From assembly GCF_009914755.1 (NCBI RefSeq), contig NC_060926.1: a stretch of 64,000 nucleotides of DNA. One strand, written 5' to 3'. A program made the translations under genes and the position numbers. This DNA comes from the human T2T-CHM13v2.0 reference genome, Homo sapiens. A model generated the notes under the pieces. It was not told the origin of the DNA and ran no database searches. It saw nothing but the letters and a program-made list of their open reading frames with translations. Each line of letters starts with the position of its first letter. The first letter of the stretch is position 1. This document shows positions 28,418-40,988 of the stretch, in pieces.

Positions 28418-28697
28418 AGAAGCAGTTTCACTCTGTTGCCTAGGCTGGAGTGCAGTGGTGCACCCTTAGCTCACCGCAACCTCCGCCTCCTGGGTTCAAG
28501 CGATTCTTGTGCCTCAGCCTCCTTAGTAGCTGGGATTATAGGCACGCACCAACACACCCAGCTTATTTTTGTATTATTAATAGAGAAGGGGTTTCACCAT
28601 GTTGGCCAGGCTGGTCTCGAACTCCTGACCTCAAGTGATCTGCCGCCTCAGCCTCCCAAAGTGCTGGGATTACAGACGTGAGCCACCACGCTCAATT
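28370..28697 (-). mobile_element. AluS SINE with 47-nt poly(T)
   Basis: Antisense Alu; T run at 28370-28416. Confidence 0.93.
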
Positions 28698-30298
28698 GGT
28701 ATACTTTGAATTAAATACTGTAAATAAATTTTGGAAAGACTTCTATACTCTTCTCCTCCCTGCAACATTAATATTATTTGTTTGCTTTTGTTTATGAAAG
28801 CATGAAAATGCTGTATTCTATTTCTTATAGACATATACGTTTCTGTTTTTGATAGATTACTAAGTCAAGTTTGGTAGAATTGGTTTAATGATTCTACCTT
28901 CAGAGAATAAATCTGAGCTGATAGAATTTGAGACTGACAACGCCGTACAGTGATAATACTGGAAAGTAACAGAAGAGATCCCAGATGGTTTCCAAAGCTG
29001 GGGTCAGGACCAGCCTAATAAAGCCTGATAGAGTTATGTTCTGTAAGTGAAACGTTACAGTTTAATGCTCAGTGTGGGACAGTGGGGAAACCAGAGCCCT
29101 TTTTTTGTTCCTATTGATTTGACTTTTCAAATTTGACTGCATTTTTCTCTTCTCTAACAGAGAGATAACGCCTACCCTGTAAGCTTGATAGATTTGTCAT
29201 GAGTTGATAGATTTGTCATGAAGATCCCATGAGATAAAGGGTGTGTCCCTGGCTTTGAAAAACTGGCCAAGTTCCAGGTGGAAGAAGAGGAGGAGGGGAG
29301 GGAGGGGGCAGAGCAGGAGATGGTGATAGTAACACAGCTGCGCCAGGCATTTCAGTGAGTTCCTAATGCAGCTTCTAGGGTGCATTTGAAATGAGGCACT
29401 TCCAGACAGACGTCTTGGGTTCTTCTCACTGAGTCAGAGGTGAAAGATGAGAAGTTGTCATGTTAAACTAATAAGTGACATTAGCAAGGCCAGAAGTTGA
29501 AAATAATTCTGCCAGTAGCTTGGGAGCTTCCCCTGCAAAGATTTCCAAGGTCTGCGAGCCAAGAGAGAGCCTTCATTTCTGACAGGAACAGTGGAAAGAT
29601 CTAAATTAGAAATGGAATAGCCTTTAGAAACCTTCAGGCCCTAAGGGGCTTCACTGAGCATAATTGTCTTTGAATGGAAATATAAGTTTATAATTTGTTA
29701 GAAGCAGTTTTTCAAAAGTAAAATAGAGGCATGTAGAGGTTTTTATTGCCTTTCCACCTCCATCATTGAAAGCCTATTTTTGTAGATGTATTATCTTTAA
29801 GGTTCGTGTGCCTGGGTAGTGATTGATTTGAGAACACAGTGGGAAAATTTATTGCGCAAATGATATATTTTTGTGACTTTGTTTGGTTTTGATTCCTGGA
29901 AAATTTTACCGACTATATAGGTCTGGATATAGTTTTATAGCATTGGTCTTGAATACTCAAAATGAGTCACAAACCTATGGAAATTATAATTTACACAGAT
30001 TTGGGGATCTGTGTAGTAGGCACAGGTGGTAGAGAACTGGGTGGATGCAGGTAGAGAACTGAAGAACTGCAGGTTTTTATGTGGTTTCTGATATAGCCCA
30101 GTTACTTCATTTAGGATAAACTGTTGGCTATTTTGTAATTTATAAACTACCTTTTAAAGCAGGGCTCACTTAATGCTGAACATTAAAAATTTTTTTCTCT
30201 TTGTTACTGCAAGTGTAATTTCTTCTGAACAATTTTCCCTGTTATTTAAAAAATAATTTAGTTAGTAAGCTAAAAGTGTTAGCATTCATTGAAGTTAG

Positions 30299-30637
<339 letters not shown>

Positions 30638-32974
30638 CCTGAAATTTTGAATAAAGGGAGAGAAAATGGTGGCAATGAGATAACAAGAACTTGTGTGTGT
30701 TTTCTAACTACTCAAGTAGATGAAACTCAATTAGATAGTTATATCTGAATAAATAGTCAAACATTTATTATGTGCCAGCAATGATACTATTGATAGCTGT
30801 ATTAGTAATGCTTTTGGCTGAAAGTAACAGTGCCTGATTGATACTGACTAGGTGAAAACTGATGATCTTGTATAACAGAAGCATGTAGGTCAGTTGTTCT
30901 GGTTTTGCTGCACTAGCTTTACAAAGCCATAGAGACGTAGAGCCTTTCTGCCTCTCTGCTCTACCATTTTGGGTTTTGTCCTTAAGCTTGTCACCTCTTG
31001 ATCCCATTATCCCTGCTTCAAACGACATTATCTTTTACGGCAAGGAAGGAAGCAGAAGTTAAAGGCTGAGTGGAAAAATGAACAGTTGTTCTCTTATCAG
31101 GGAAGAAGATTTTTTTCAGTCCTTTCTAGTACCCCCAGTAAACTTCTCTACACCTGCTAGGGAAACAGAGAAAACAGATATTTAGAGAGTAAGAATCTGA
31201 TTTTCATGATTGTCTGAGATGAATCATAATTCAGAATTACCCTTCCTAAATAAAAGGGGTGTTTTGTTTGTATGAATGAAAGAGAGGTGGTTGTTGGGTG
31301 GAAGAGCCACACTGTGTACGACAGTGGCACGTGCAGCACTTTTAGAGTAGAAAGAGCAAGCTCTGGCCATTAGGGACCCCACTACCTGCTGGTGGAGAGA
31401 AGGCCAATAACCAAATGACTATAGTGATCTGTGGAATAACTACAGTGTCAAGCAGGTGACAAATACAACACTATTATAGGAAGATTTGGAGAGAGGCGTG
31501 GAGGTTCAAGAAAATCTTGGAGAAGATATTATTTGTGATATTCACTGACATTTTCAATAGGTGTAGATGGACAGGCAGTGGCCTTTAGACCTCTGCAAAG
31601 ACTGAAGCCCTGGGTTTGTATAGCAGGTGTCCTAGGAGAGTAATCAGTGGGCATATCGGGAAGTATTTGCAGCCCACACATGCCATGGTGGTTGCTGCAG
31701 TGCTGCATTAGACAGCAGTAGATGGATGAAAATATAACTTAGTGTCCTCTTCAGACTTGTCTGTTCTGTGCCAATTGCAGTGCTGGATGCTCCTGCAAAT
31801 AGACTTATCTTCTCCAGTAGACATGCTGATGTTTTTCCCCTTCATGTTCAACTCATTCAAGGGCCACCCTGGACTGCATTTAAAGTTGAATGTTGAGTTC
31901 GTGTGTGTGTCTGACATCTATTATTTGTAACCTATAGAAGCAGGTAGTGTGTTTTATGCAAAAGGAAGTCTCAAAGGACCTTGAGTCACAGCTCCAACTT
32001 TCTTAGTGTGATGTGATAATATCATGCAGTTTAATGAACTGTGGTAGGCTTAGAATGCTCATGACTTACATTAGTTTCATTTTGAATGATGTTTAATAAG
32101 CATGCCAAGTTATTTTCCATACAATTAGAGAAGTCATTGAGCTAATTTTGCTATATAGGAAGAAATTAAGGAAAAAGACGTGGTGATTGTGAAAGGAATG
32201 GAGCTAAGTCTCAGTCTTCTCTGAAGTCTCTATCCAGATAGCTCAGTGCTGCTCCATGCTGGGTCAAGCTGAAATGAGAATGGAGACTCAGATAGAGACG
32301 GAATTGAGACACCCAAGTCACCTTTCAAAAAGGGGCATTTGTGGAAAGAAAATCCGTGTAACGAAATGATAAACAATAATATTATTGTTGCTGTAGCACT
32401 CAGGGGGTTGGGATGAGATAAGCCTAGTGAATGATGTGGCTGCTAAAAACTTAGTGTCTGTAGCTCTGATCGTTGGTATTTGACTTCTAGAATGAGACAG
32501 ATGATCATTTTACTCTTCTTTTAGTAAATACGGGGTTTTATGTATGTGATATGTACTTACACATCTCTCTTTAAAAAGGATTTATTTCACACAGTGACTA
32601 TGCCATTATAATAGCTAATAAAATTAATTATAGTATATGTTAATATATATTTTAACTATATTACTTGTGTATTATATATCTAAACTATATATCTGTGTCT
32701 ATGTCTGTATCTCTAGCTATGTGGACATTTTTCCTGAAGAAAAAAAGATGCATAATATCATAGCTATTTTTGGATGTTGGAGGATTGTCATGTGGAAGAA
32801 AGTTTGTCTTTATTCCTCTTGGTAGGAAAGGCTCAGTTGGCAGAGCTATGGAGAGACATTTAGGTTCAGTTCTAAGGAAGAATTTCCTTAGGGTGGTGCC
32901 CACAGGTGCAGTGTGGGCTGCTTTAGAGAATTCCTTCATTCCTTAAGACCAGTCTGTTCAAGTCCAGGCCAAGG

Positions 32975-33162
32975 CAGTGGTTCTCAAGCTTCAGCATGCC
33001 TCGGGATTACCTGGAGGGCTTGTTAAACCCAGGTTGCTAGGCCCCACGCCCAGAGTTGTTGATTTAGTAGGGCTGGGACAGGTCCCCAGAATTTGTATTT
33101 TTATCTGCTTCTCAGGTGAGGCTGAGGCTGTTGGTCTGGAGACCACACCTTAAGAAACACTG
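32975..33162. mobile_element. MER5A (hAT-Charlie MITE), followed by a MER5B-like remnant to ~33330
   Basis: cagtggttctca...agaaacactg TIRs; acctggagggcttgttaaa. Confidence 0.85.
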
Positions 33163-34279
33163 GACGAAGTACAGCATCTCAAACTGCATTGTGTATGGCA
33201 GTTATTTGGGGATTTTTGTTAAAACACAAAATCTGATTTGAGTTGGCCTAGAATTGGGCCTGAGAGTCTGCATTTTTAATATATCTACCAGAAAATACCA
33301 ATGCTTATGGTTCTTGGGTCACAATTCTTGTAATGGGGTAAATAATCCCTTGTCAGTGATGACGAGGCTTGAGGAAATTTAAACATTCAATGGGCTTTTG
33401 GGCCAGAGGGTATTCAAAGTCCTATACAACGGCCCGAGCCCCTGTGAAATGATTTTATTTTGGTAAGTCCCTAATGGGGACAAAGAAAAACTTGACTTTT
33501 GCCTTTCAAAAAAATTTTTATGGTAAAATGCCCTTTTCTTACAATTATCACACCATCATTACTAGCATTTTATGACCCTTCTCTGCAGGTCTTTAAATAA
33601 GAACTCATTTAAGTCACTCTATGAGCTGTTGCCCCTTAGGAAAATGCCTCATTGATTGAGTCTACCACTGAGCTTTAAATGGAAATGACCTTCATTTTAA
33701 AAATTTAATTGAGCTTTGATATTTACTTGCACATTTGGTTATTTCTCATAAATGCTCCTATCAAAGAATTTTGAGAGTTTAATACCATTATGTCCACTCA
33801 GTGTGCTTTCTAATGATGCCCCTAGGGTTGTGGCTATTTAAGGATTACAATAAATCAAGAGAATACTAATCTCTTAAAAAAGTAATGTGGATCTGTATCC
33901 ATTGTTTGGGTAATGCAAATTTGCATTAAGAAAACAAAATGTCCCCCAAGAGGATATGCATGTTTCCTTATTAAGAGCCAAGTGAATATTTCATTCTGTT
34001 TTCTCCTATTTGCTCCTTATGAGTAAGCTGTGTTTTGCCTTTGTTAGCTTCAAAGTTTGCTCTCTAAGGCCTCTTATTTGAGCTTCTCTTTGATTTTAAT
34101 CCTGTGAGTTTCCATTGCTGTTTAGGTTTTCTGGCATTGAGGGGATATTCTCCTAGAAGCACAAGCAGTTCATAGACCAACTGGAAGTACACGATGAAGA
34201 GCTCAAAAAAGAAAAGCTGGTTATTAATAGCTCTTTAACTTATTGATATGTTATTTTTCTCATACAAAGAGAAGAAAAC

Positions 34280-34490
34280 CAGCATTTGCCTGTATATGTG
34301 CCAGGCACTTCACACCAGTGTATCATTTAATTCTTTAAACAGCCATATGGTCCAGGTGATATAACTGTATTACAGAAAAACTGACTCAGGGAGGTAAACT
34401 AACTTAATATCTCACAACTAGTAAGTGATCAAATCAGGATTTGAACCTATGACAGCTTGCCTTTAAAGCTGTTTAGCTGCTTTTTATGCA
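34280..34490 (-). mobile_element. MIR SINE
   Basis: gtgccaggcact...aaactgactcagggaggt...ggatttgaacct. Confidence 0.75.
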
Positions 34491-35248
34491 ATGAGGCTTC
34501 TTAATACAAACAGTAAATTGTTTGGAATGCAGATGTTTCCACACCCTGTGCGAGTGGCCTGACAGCAGAAGGTTTTGAATGAGAGAGGGAGAAAATAAAT
34601 GTCCTGGTCAGTTAGTATCTCTTTAGTTTCTTATCCAGCAGCCTTCAACAAATTCTGTATTAGCCTGTGCTATAAAAAGCAAGTGAAGATAGATGCCCAG
34701 TTGGCAGGAGCATCCCCAGATTGAAGCGTTTGAACACGTGAAGAACACTCTGTGCTGGTTATTAAGCCATTATCTCTTGGCTCCAAATCCACCCTTCATA
34801 TTTTGTTTGTGACACTGGGGCTGAGGCTCTAAAACCATGTTTCTCCTTTGCCGGCTTCTTCCCTATAGTTTCTGTCAACAGAAGGTTCTAGAGGGAGGCT
34901 GCTTGGCTGGAAGAGGAAGACTGGACATGCTTATCCTGTTTGCCTCCTTTCCTGAAAGTATCCCCTTAGCATCAGTGGATTTTTCTTCTTTATTTAAAAA
35001 TAGACTTTATTTTTAAGAGCAGTTTTAGGTTCACATCAAGATTGAATTAGAAAGTACAGAGATTTCCCATATCCCTGTCCCTACACATGCGTAGACTCCT
35101 TTGTTATTAACATCTGCCAGCAGAGAGTACATTTGTTGCAGTCGATTAACCTATGTCATATTATTATCACCCAAAGTCCATGGTTTACTTTAGGGTTCCT
35201 TCTTGGTGTTGTACATTCTGTGGGTTTATGCAGATTTATAATGCCATG

Positions 35249-35965
35249 TGTCCTAGTCCATTTTATGCTGCTGTAATAAAATACCTGACACTGGGTAGTT
35301 TGCAAAGAATTAAATTTATTTCTCACAGTTCTAGAGGCTGGGAAGTTTAAGATCAGGCACTGGCGGGTGTGGTGGCTAGTAAGGGCCAAGTCTCTGCTTC
35401 CAAGATGGCACCTTGAAGGCTGCATCCTCTGGAGTGGAGGAATGCCGTTCTTCCCATGGCAGAAGAACAGAAGAGCAAGAGGGAGTGAACTCATTTCCTT
35501 GAGGGCCCCCCCGCCATCCATTTTTTTGGATTTAGAGTTTGGCGCTATTGCCCAGGCTAGACTTAAGTAGTATTATCTCAGCTCACTGTACCCTCCACCT
35601 CCCAGGCTCAAGCAATCTTCCCACCTCAACCTCCCAAGTAGCTGGGACTACAGGTGTGCACCACCACACCAGGCTAATTTTTGCATTTTTTGTAGAGATG
35701 GGATTTTGCCATGTTGCCCAGCCTGGTCTCAAACTCCTGAGCTTGAGTGATCTGCCCACCTAGACCTTCCAAAAATGCTGGGATTGCAGGTGTGAGCCAT
35801 CATGCCCAGCCTCCATGAGCCCTTTTTACATGACATTAACCCATTCATGAAGGTAGTGCCCTCATGACCTAAACACCTCCCATTAGTCCCCACCTTCCAA
35901 CACTGTTCCATTGGGGATTGTGTTTTCAATATGTTAATTTTGAGGGACACATTCAAACCATTGCA
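35249..35965 (-). mobile_element. MST/MLT1A-type MaLR solo LTR
   Basis: tgtcctagtcca...aaaccattgca; 5-bp TSD ccatg. Confidence 0.88.
35520..35811 (-). mobile_element. AluJ SINE nested in MaLR LTR
   Basis: Antisense Alu dimer. Confidence 0.9.
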
Positions 35966-38899
35966 CCATGTATTTACTATTATAGTATTACAGAAGGTAG
36001 TTTCACTGCCCTAAAAATTATTTCATCAGCAGCTGTTCTACACCCAGCAGGAGTGTTTTGTTTTCAATGATTGATTCTGGTTTCTTACTTTTCCCCAGCA
36101 ATCTCTTAAAGCCATCTCTAGTGGGGGGCTGCCCCCTCATCAGGGGTCTGGGTTCTTCCCCAGTCCCTACTCTTCCTCCCAGCCCTAGGGCTGGTGGCTG
36201 TTCCTACCTCCTCTGTGACATCTCAGGGTTTCCTTTGTGTCTTTTAGTACTCTAATATCAATTTAACTATTTCTTATTTTAAATTCTGTTAAAATAATTT
36301 GTGATTTCTGTTTTCCTGACTAGATCCTGACCAATACTCTTTGGGAGAGTAACCTCTAAGCTACATTGAAGCATGTACTGTGAACAGATATTGCCCAGTG
36401 CTGACATAAGGGAGTTAGGCAGAAGTTGTAGAAGAACTAGAGGAATTTGCAAACAAATTTGTTAGGTTCATAGTTTTATAGCATGAGTCACTGCTGGGAT
36501 AGCATGTCAAATATGAGGGAAACAAACAGACAAACAAAAAACAGGAGAAAGCAGCCAAATGAGAGAAGCTGTGTGTTCTAGCATCAGCTTTTCTAATAGG
36601 TTTGGGAGTACTACTTTCTCTGGACCTCAGTTTCCTCACCTTTAAATCTTAGGTAATAGTGATTGTGAAGTTAAATAAAATTAAGAGAATTGAAAGTACT
36701 TGTAAAAAGTATAAGGCCTTGAATTCAAATAAACGATTGTGACAATGAAATAATATTGTAATGCCATCATCAGACTTGATCTCTGTCTATATAAAGGAGT
36801 TTGCTGGGACCATAGGGGTTGTTAAGTGATAATAGGGTGAGGGGTTATGGAGACCAAGCCATCATGAGGGCCACTCTGTCATGGCATCCATTGTGCCAGG
36901 AGCATGTGCTGTCTCATTCAACTTTACCATTTTATAGTGGACAAACTAGTTTGTTGATGTTGAGAATCAACTTTCTTAATTATTCTCCATTTCTGTCAGT
37001 GTGAAGGATTCTACTGTCATTGTCTCATTCTTTCTGTTGTTCTCAGTCATCCTCGATTGTGAAACAGGCACATGGTAAGTAGTGGTGTTAGGCTGTCAGA
37101 TTCTTCTGGGGGGAGTTTTAGCATACTAAGAGACCATGAGTTTTAATGAAAACCTTTATGGAGTTGGTGACTCTGTTTTTTGAAATTCTATAAAGTCATT
37201 CTGTTATCAGTAATCCACCAGAAAAATAAAGGGCCTCATCCTCATTAAACTCTGCATATAACCAAAAGTCTTCTGTGGTAGATCAGGAGTAAAACCAGGT
37301 ACCGATCATTGATGACCAAATTTTGTGGGTTTTGAGGCACCAATGGATAATCCCTTGTAGTATTAATATCTAGGCCAAAAGGAATGTTCACAGACTCATA
37401 AACATGTGTCACCAACTCAACAAAGTCAGAAATGTTAGAGGGCTCAGTCCTTGGAGCAGAATGACAGGAATCTGTATTGGCATTCATCTCTTCAGTTTTT
37501 AGTTCAAGTTACTGAAACACCAGAATCTTTTCCTCATTTGTGAAGCAGTGATGATAATATCTATTTGCTTATTCCTCAGGGACATTTTGAGGGTTGACTG
37601 AGATCAAATGTGAAAGGACTTGGTGAATTGTAAGGCACCTAGAAAATATAATGGAATTAAAGGATTAATGCATTACAGGAAGGCTTGGAATCCCACCCCC
37701 ACCCCCAAGACCTGACATTTAGCTTCAGGGGCAATTTGGGGATTTCTGGACAAATCCAGCAGTCACAGGGGCCTATAAGACAGTCTGTGTAGAGGCGCTG
37801 AAGGCCTGCTTCTCGCAGCTATGTGTTTCTTGGCTGGTCATCTGAGGAAGATGAATGATAAGGGAGGCCCAGGCCCCCACACAGAGTGAGCTGCTTGAGG
37901 GCAGTGACAGGGAACGTGTCTGTAAGAGTGCCGAGGGGTATGGTTAAAGGGAATTTTGAGGCACTTCGGATTTGTGTGACATGTCAAAAGCTGACAGGCT
38001 GTGCTGGAAGCAGCAGTTAGAGATGGAGTTGCCAAATCGCATTCAGTGAGGTACAGTGGCATGGCTGACAGCAAAATTCTGTGAGGGTGCAGTTATATCC
38101 TTCCATGAGAGGGGCAGACAGTATCATTCTCCATGTGCAGAGAAGATACTGCCTTACTCAGACATTACAGATCCCCAAAAGATTCTTTGACAATTACTGT
38201 AATTTTACAAGTACCACAATACTGTGCAAATATTGGCTAACATATAGTGGTAATATCTTAAAGACTTTCTCGACAAGGGTATTTTCGTATATAAATACAT
38301 ACCATGCAATTGTTCTTCTACAATTTGATGTTTTTTTACATCTGGTTTTATGCAGAATACAGGAACATATGTTTCATTGTTTAAGATGAAGACATAATTT
38401 GTTTGAATTTTATGAGCTTCATCCTTTAACAGCTAGATTCTGTGTTTCTTTAATAGTTGAAGTGAACTCATAATGAAATATCTTAAGTCTAGGGTACTTT
38501 TTCCTAGAATCCTGGGAATGTGTAGCAAGGAGCGGCAGTTTTGACATTTCTCACATTACCTTGGACTTTCCAAGGATCCCAGCTCTTAGGTTTTGAATGT
38601 GATGGCCTTTTGGTCTCTGATCTGAAGTGATCAACTCCTCAGATGAGGTTGGTATGGACTAGACTGACTGACCTGTTTATTACTGCTATTTAAGATTAAG
38701 CTATGATTTTTAGAAAGTTTCTTGTGAATCGTTTTTAACTACTACCACAAAAAGCCTTTGCCAATGGTTATTTATTAATAAAAGCAACCACTGTCTAAGG
38801 GTCTTTTCCACTTTTAAAAAATAATAAAATGAAGATAGATTCAGAAAACAATCCTTAATTAAAAAAAATTAAAGTTAGAAAAGAAAAAGATGGATGAGG

Positions 38900-39110
38900 A
38901 AAGGTTTATAGGATTCAGGCTGTTTATTCTGGAAGAGAGAAGAATGCAAGATGACTTAATCTGTGTTTTGAAATATTTGAGGAGGTTATAGACTGCACCA
39001 TCTCTCTAGAGGACTGAGAAAAGAGGAAATGGGTTTACATTTCAGCAAGAAGGAATGACACAGGAAGAACATTTTGAGTATGATGAAAAACTAAAATAGG
39101 ACACTTAGGG
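38900..39110 (+). mobile_element. CR1/L3 fragment (similar remnants at ~32400-32520 and ~32740-32950)
   Basis: ctggaagagagaagaatgcaagatgacttaat...aaatatttga; agaggaaatgggtttacatttcagcaaga. Confidence 0.55.
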
Positions 39111-39270
39111 AAGATTAAAAAACAACTTTTTATTTTGAAATAATTATAGATTCACAGGAAATTGCAAAGAAACATACAGGGAGATTTCATGCCTAAAGGA
39201 AGTTTTTGAATGCTCTCTCTAGAGAAAAATCTGGCTTGGAGAAAGGCAGTTGGACCAAATGACATAGTAA

Positions 39271-39716
<446 letters not shown>

Positions 39717-40988
39717 TTAAGGAGAACCAGCACTTGCTGAATATTTTCCAAATTTGGGCTCCATTGTGAGAGGTGCTCAGACAAAATTTGCCAGGTAGAT
39801 TTTATTGTCTTCATTTTGTAAGCATAGTAACTAGGGTTCAGAAATATTAAACTGCTTTCCAACAATCTAGGCTCAGAGTAGGTGCACCTGGGATATGAGT
39901 TTGCACCAGAGGAATTGTTCTTTCTACTATATGATGCTACTAGAGAACAATTCATATTTTTCCTAAGAAGAAAATTGTCTTCTTACTGCACACTACTCTG
40001 CATGCCATCCTCCCCTATCTCTGTCCCATTCCAGTTGCTCCCAAGGTGCCAGTGATTTAGAAAATCCCAACATGAAACAGAGTGTAATTATGATTTTCGT
40101 TATGTAGATGAGAAAATAGAGAAGTTCTGTGGTGTCTCCAGGCCCAGGAAGAAGCAATTTCTTTTCTGGTGGCATCAGAGATTCTCTTAACTATATTTAT
40201 TTAGTGTTGATAACACTTTTTTTGGAGTAATTTCATCTAGTTGCATAGTTTCATGTCTTTTGGTGTTCTCATTGCCTTGAATGCCATCCTTTTTTTTCTA
40301 TCTGAACAGGTACTAAAAATGGCCTTTTATTTTTATTCCATTTGTTTTCTCCTTTGTCTCAGTCACAGTGTAGCCCTTTGCTAGAAGAGCCCCATGGAGT
40401 TAGCTAAATTGTAGCTGTCTCAGGGCTTTCCATGTTAGATTTTTGTATCATTGAGGTTTTGAGTCTTACCTGGGATAGAGACCATCTTGTTCATCTCTAT
40501 TTTTAACAATACTTACTTTTAATTTTTGGCATTAAAAATTTGAACTCTCATTTTAAGATGTTGAAAAATACAGAAAAACATTTTTTAAAGAATATAAAGT
40601 AAGCCATAATCCCATTGTTTGGCAACAAATACCGGTAACCTTTTAATATATTTTCAGTTTCTTTTATATGGCAGAAATTTATATGTAAATAAACAGTGAC
40701 CAGATAGACATTGTTTTCTCTCATTTCTGAGCATTTTTTTATGTTACTAAATATTCATTGAAAGCATTTAAGTTATTTACCTTTAAAATAAATATAAAGT
40801 GTATATAAGCACAAATTTAAAGTAGTACAGAAAAGTATGAAATACACATTGTCTTAACCCTAAAAGGTTATTGCCTTTAACAGTTTCTCACTACTCTTCC
40901 TGATAACAAATTTTAAAAGTACCTACACAAGTGGAATATTATACTTGTTGTGTATCTTGCATTTTATACTTGTTGTATATCTTGCATT

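Larger units (their letters stand above)
34990..36020 (-). mobile_element. L1MC 3' end, split by a MaLR LTR
   Basis: tagactttatttttaagagcagttttaggttcaca...; resumes at 35966 (tatagtattacagaaggtagtttcactgccctaaaa). Confidence 0.8.
34751..36335 (+). mobile_element. LTR33-like ERVL LTR split by nested insertions (34751-34980 and 36022-36335)
   Basis: tgtgctggttattaagcc start; ttcctgactagatcctgaccaatac end. Confidence 0.6.
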
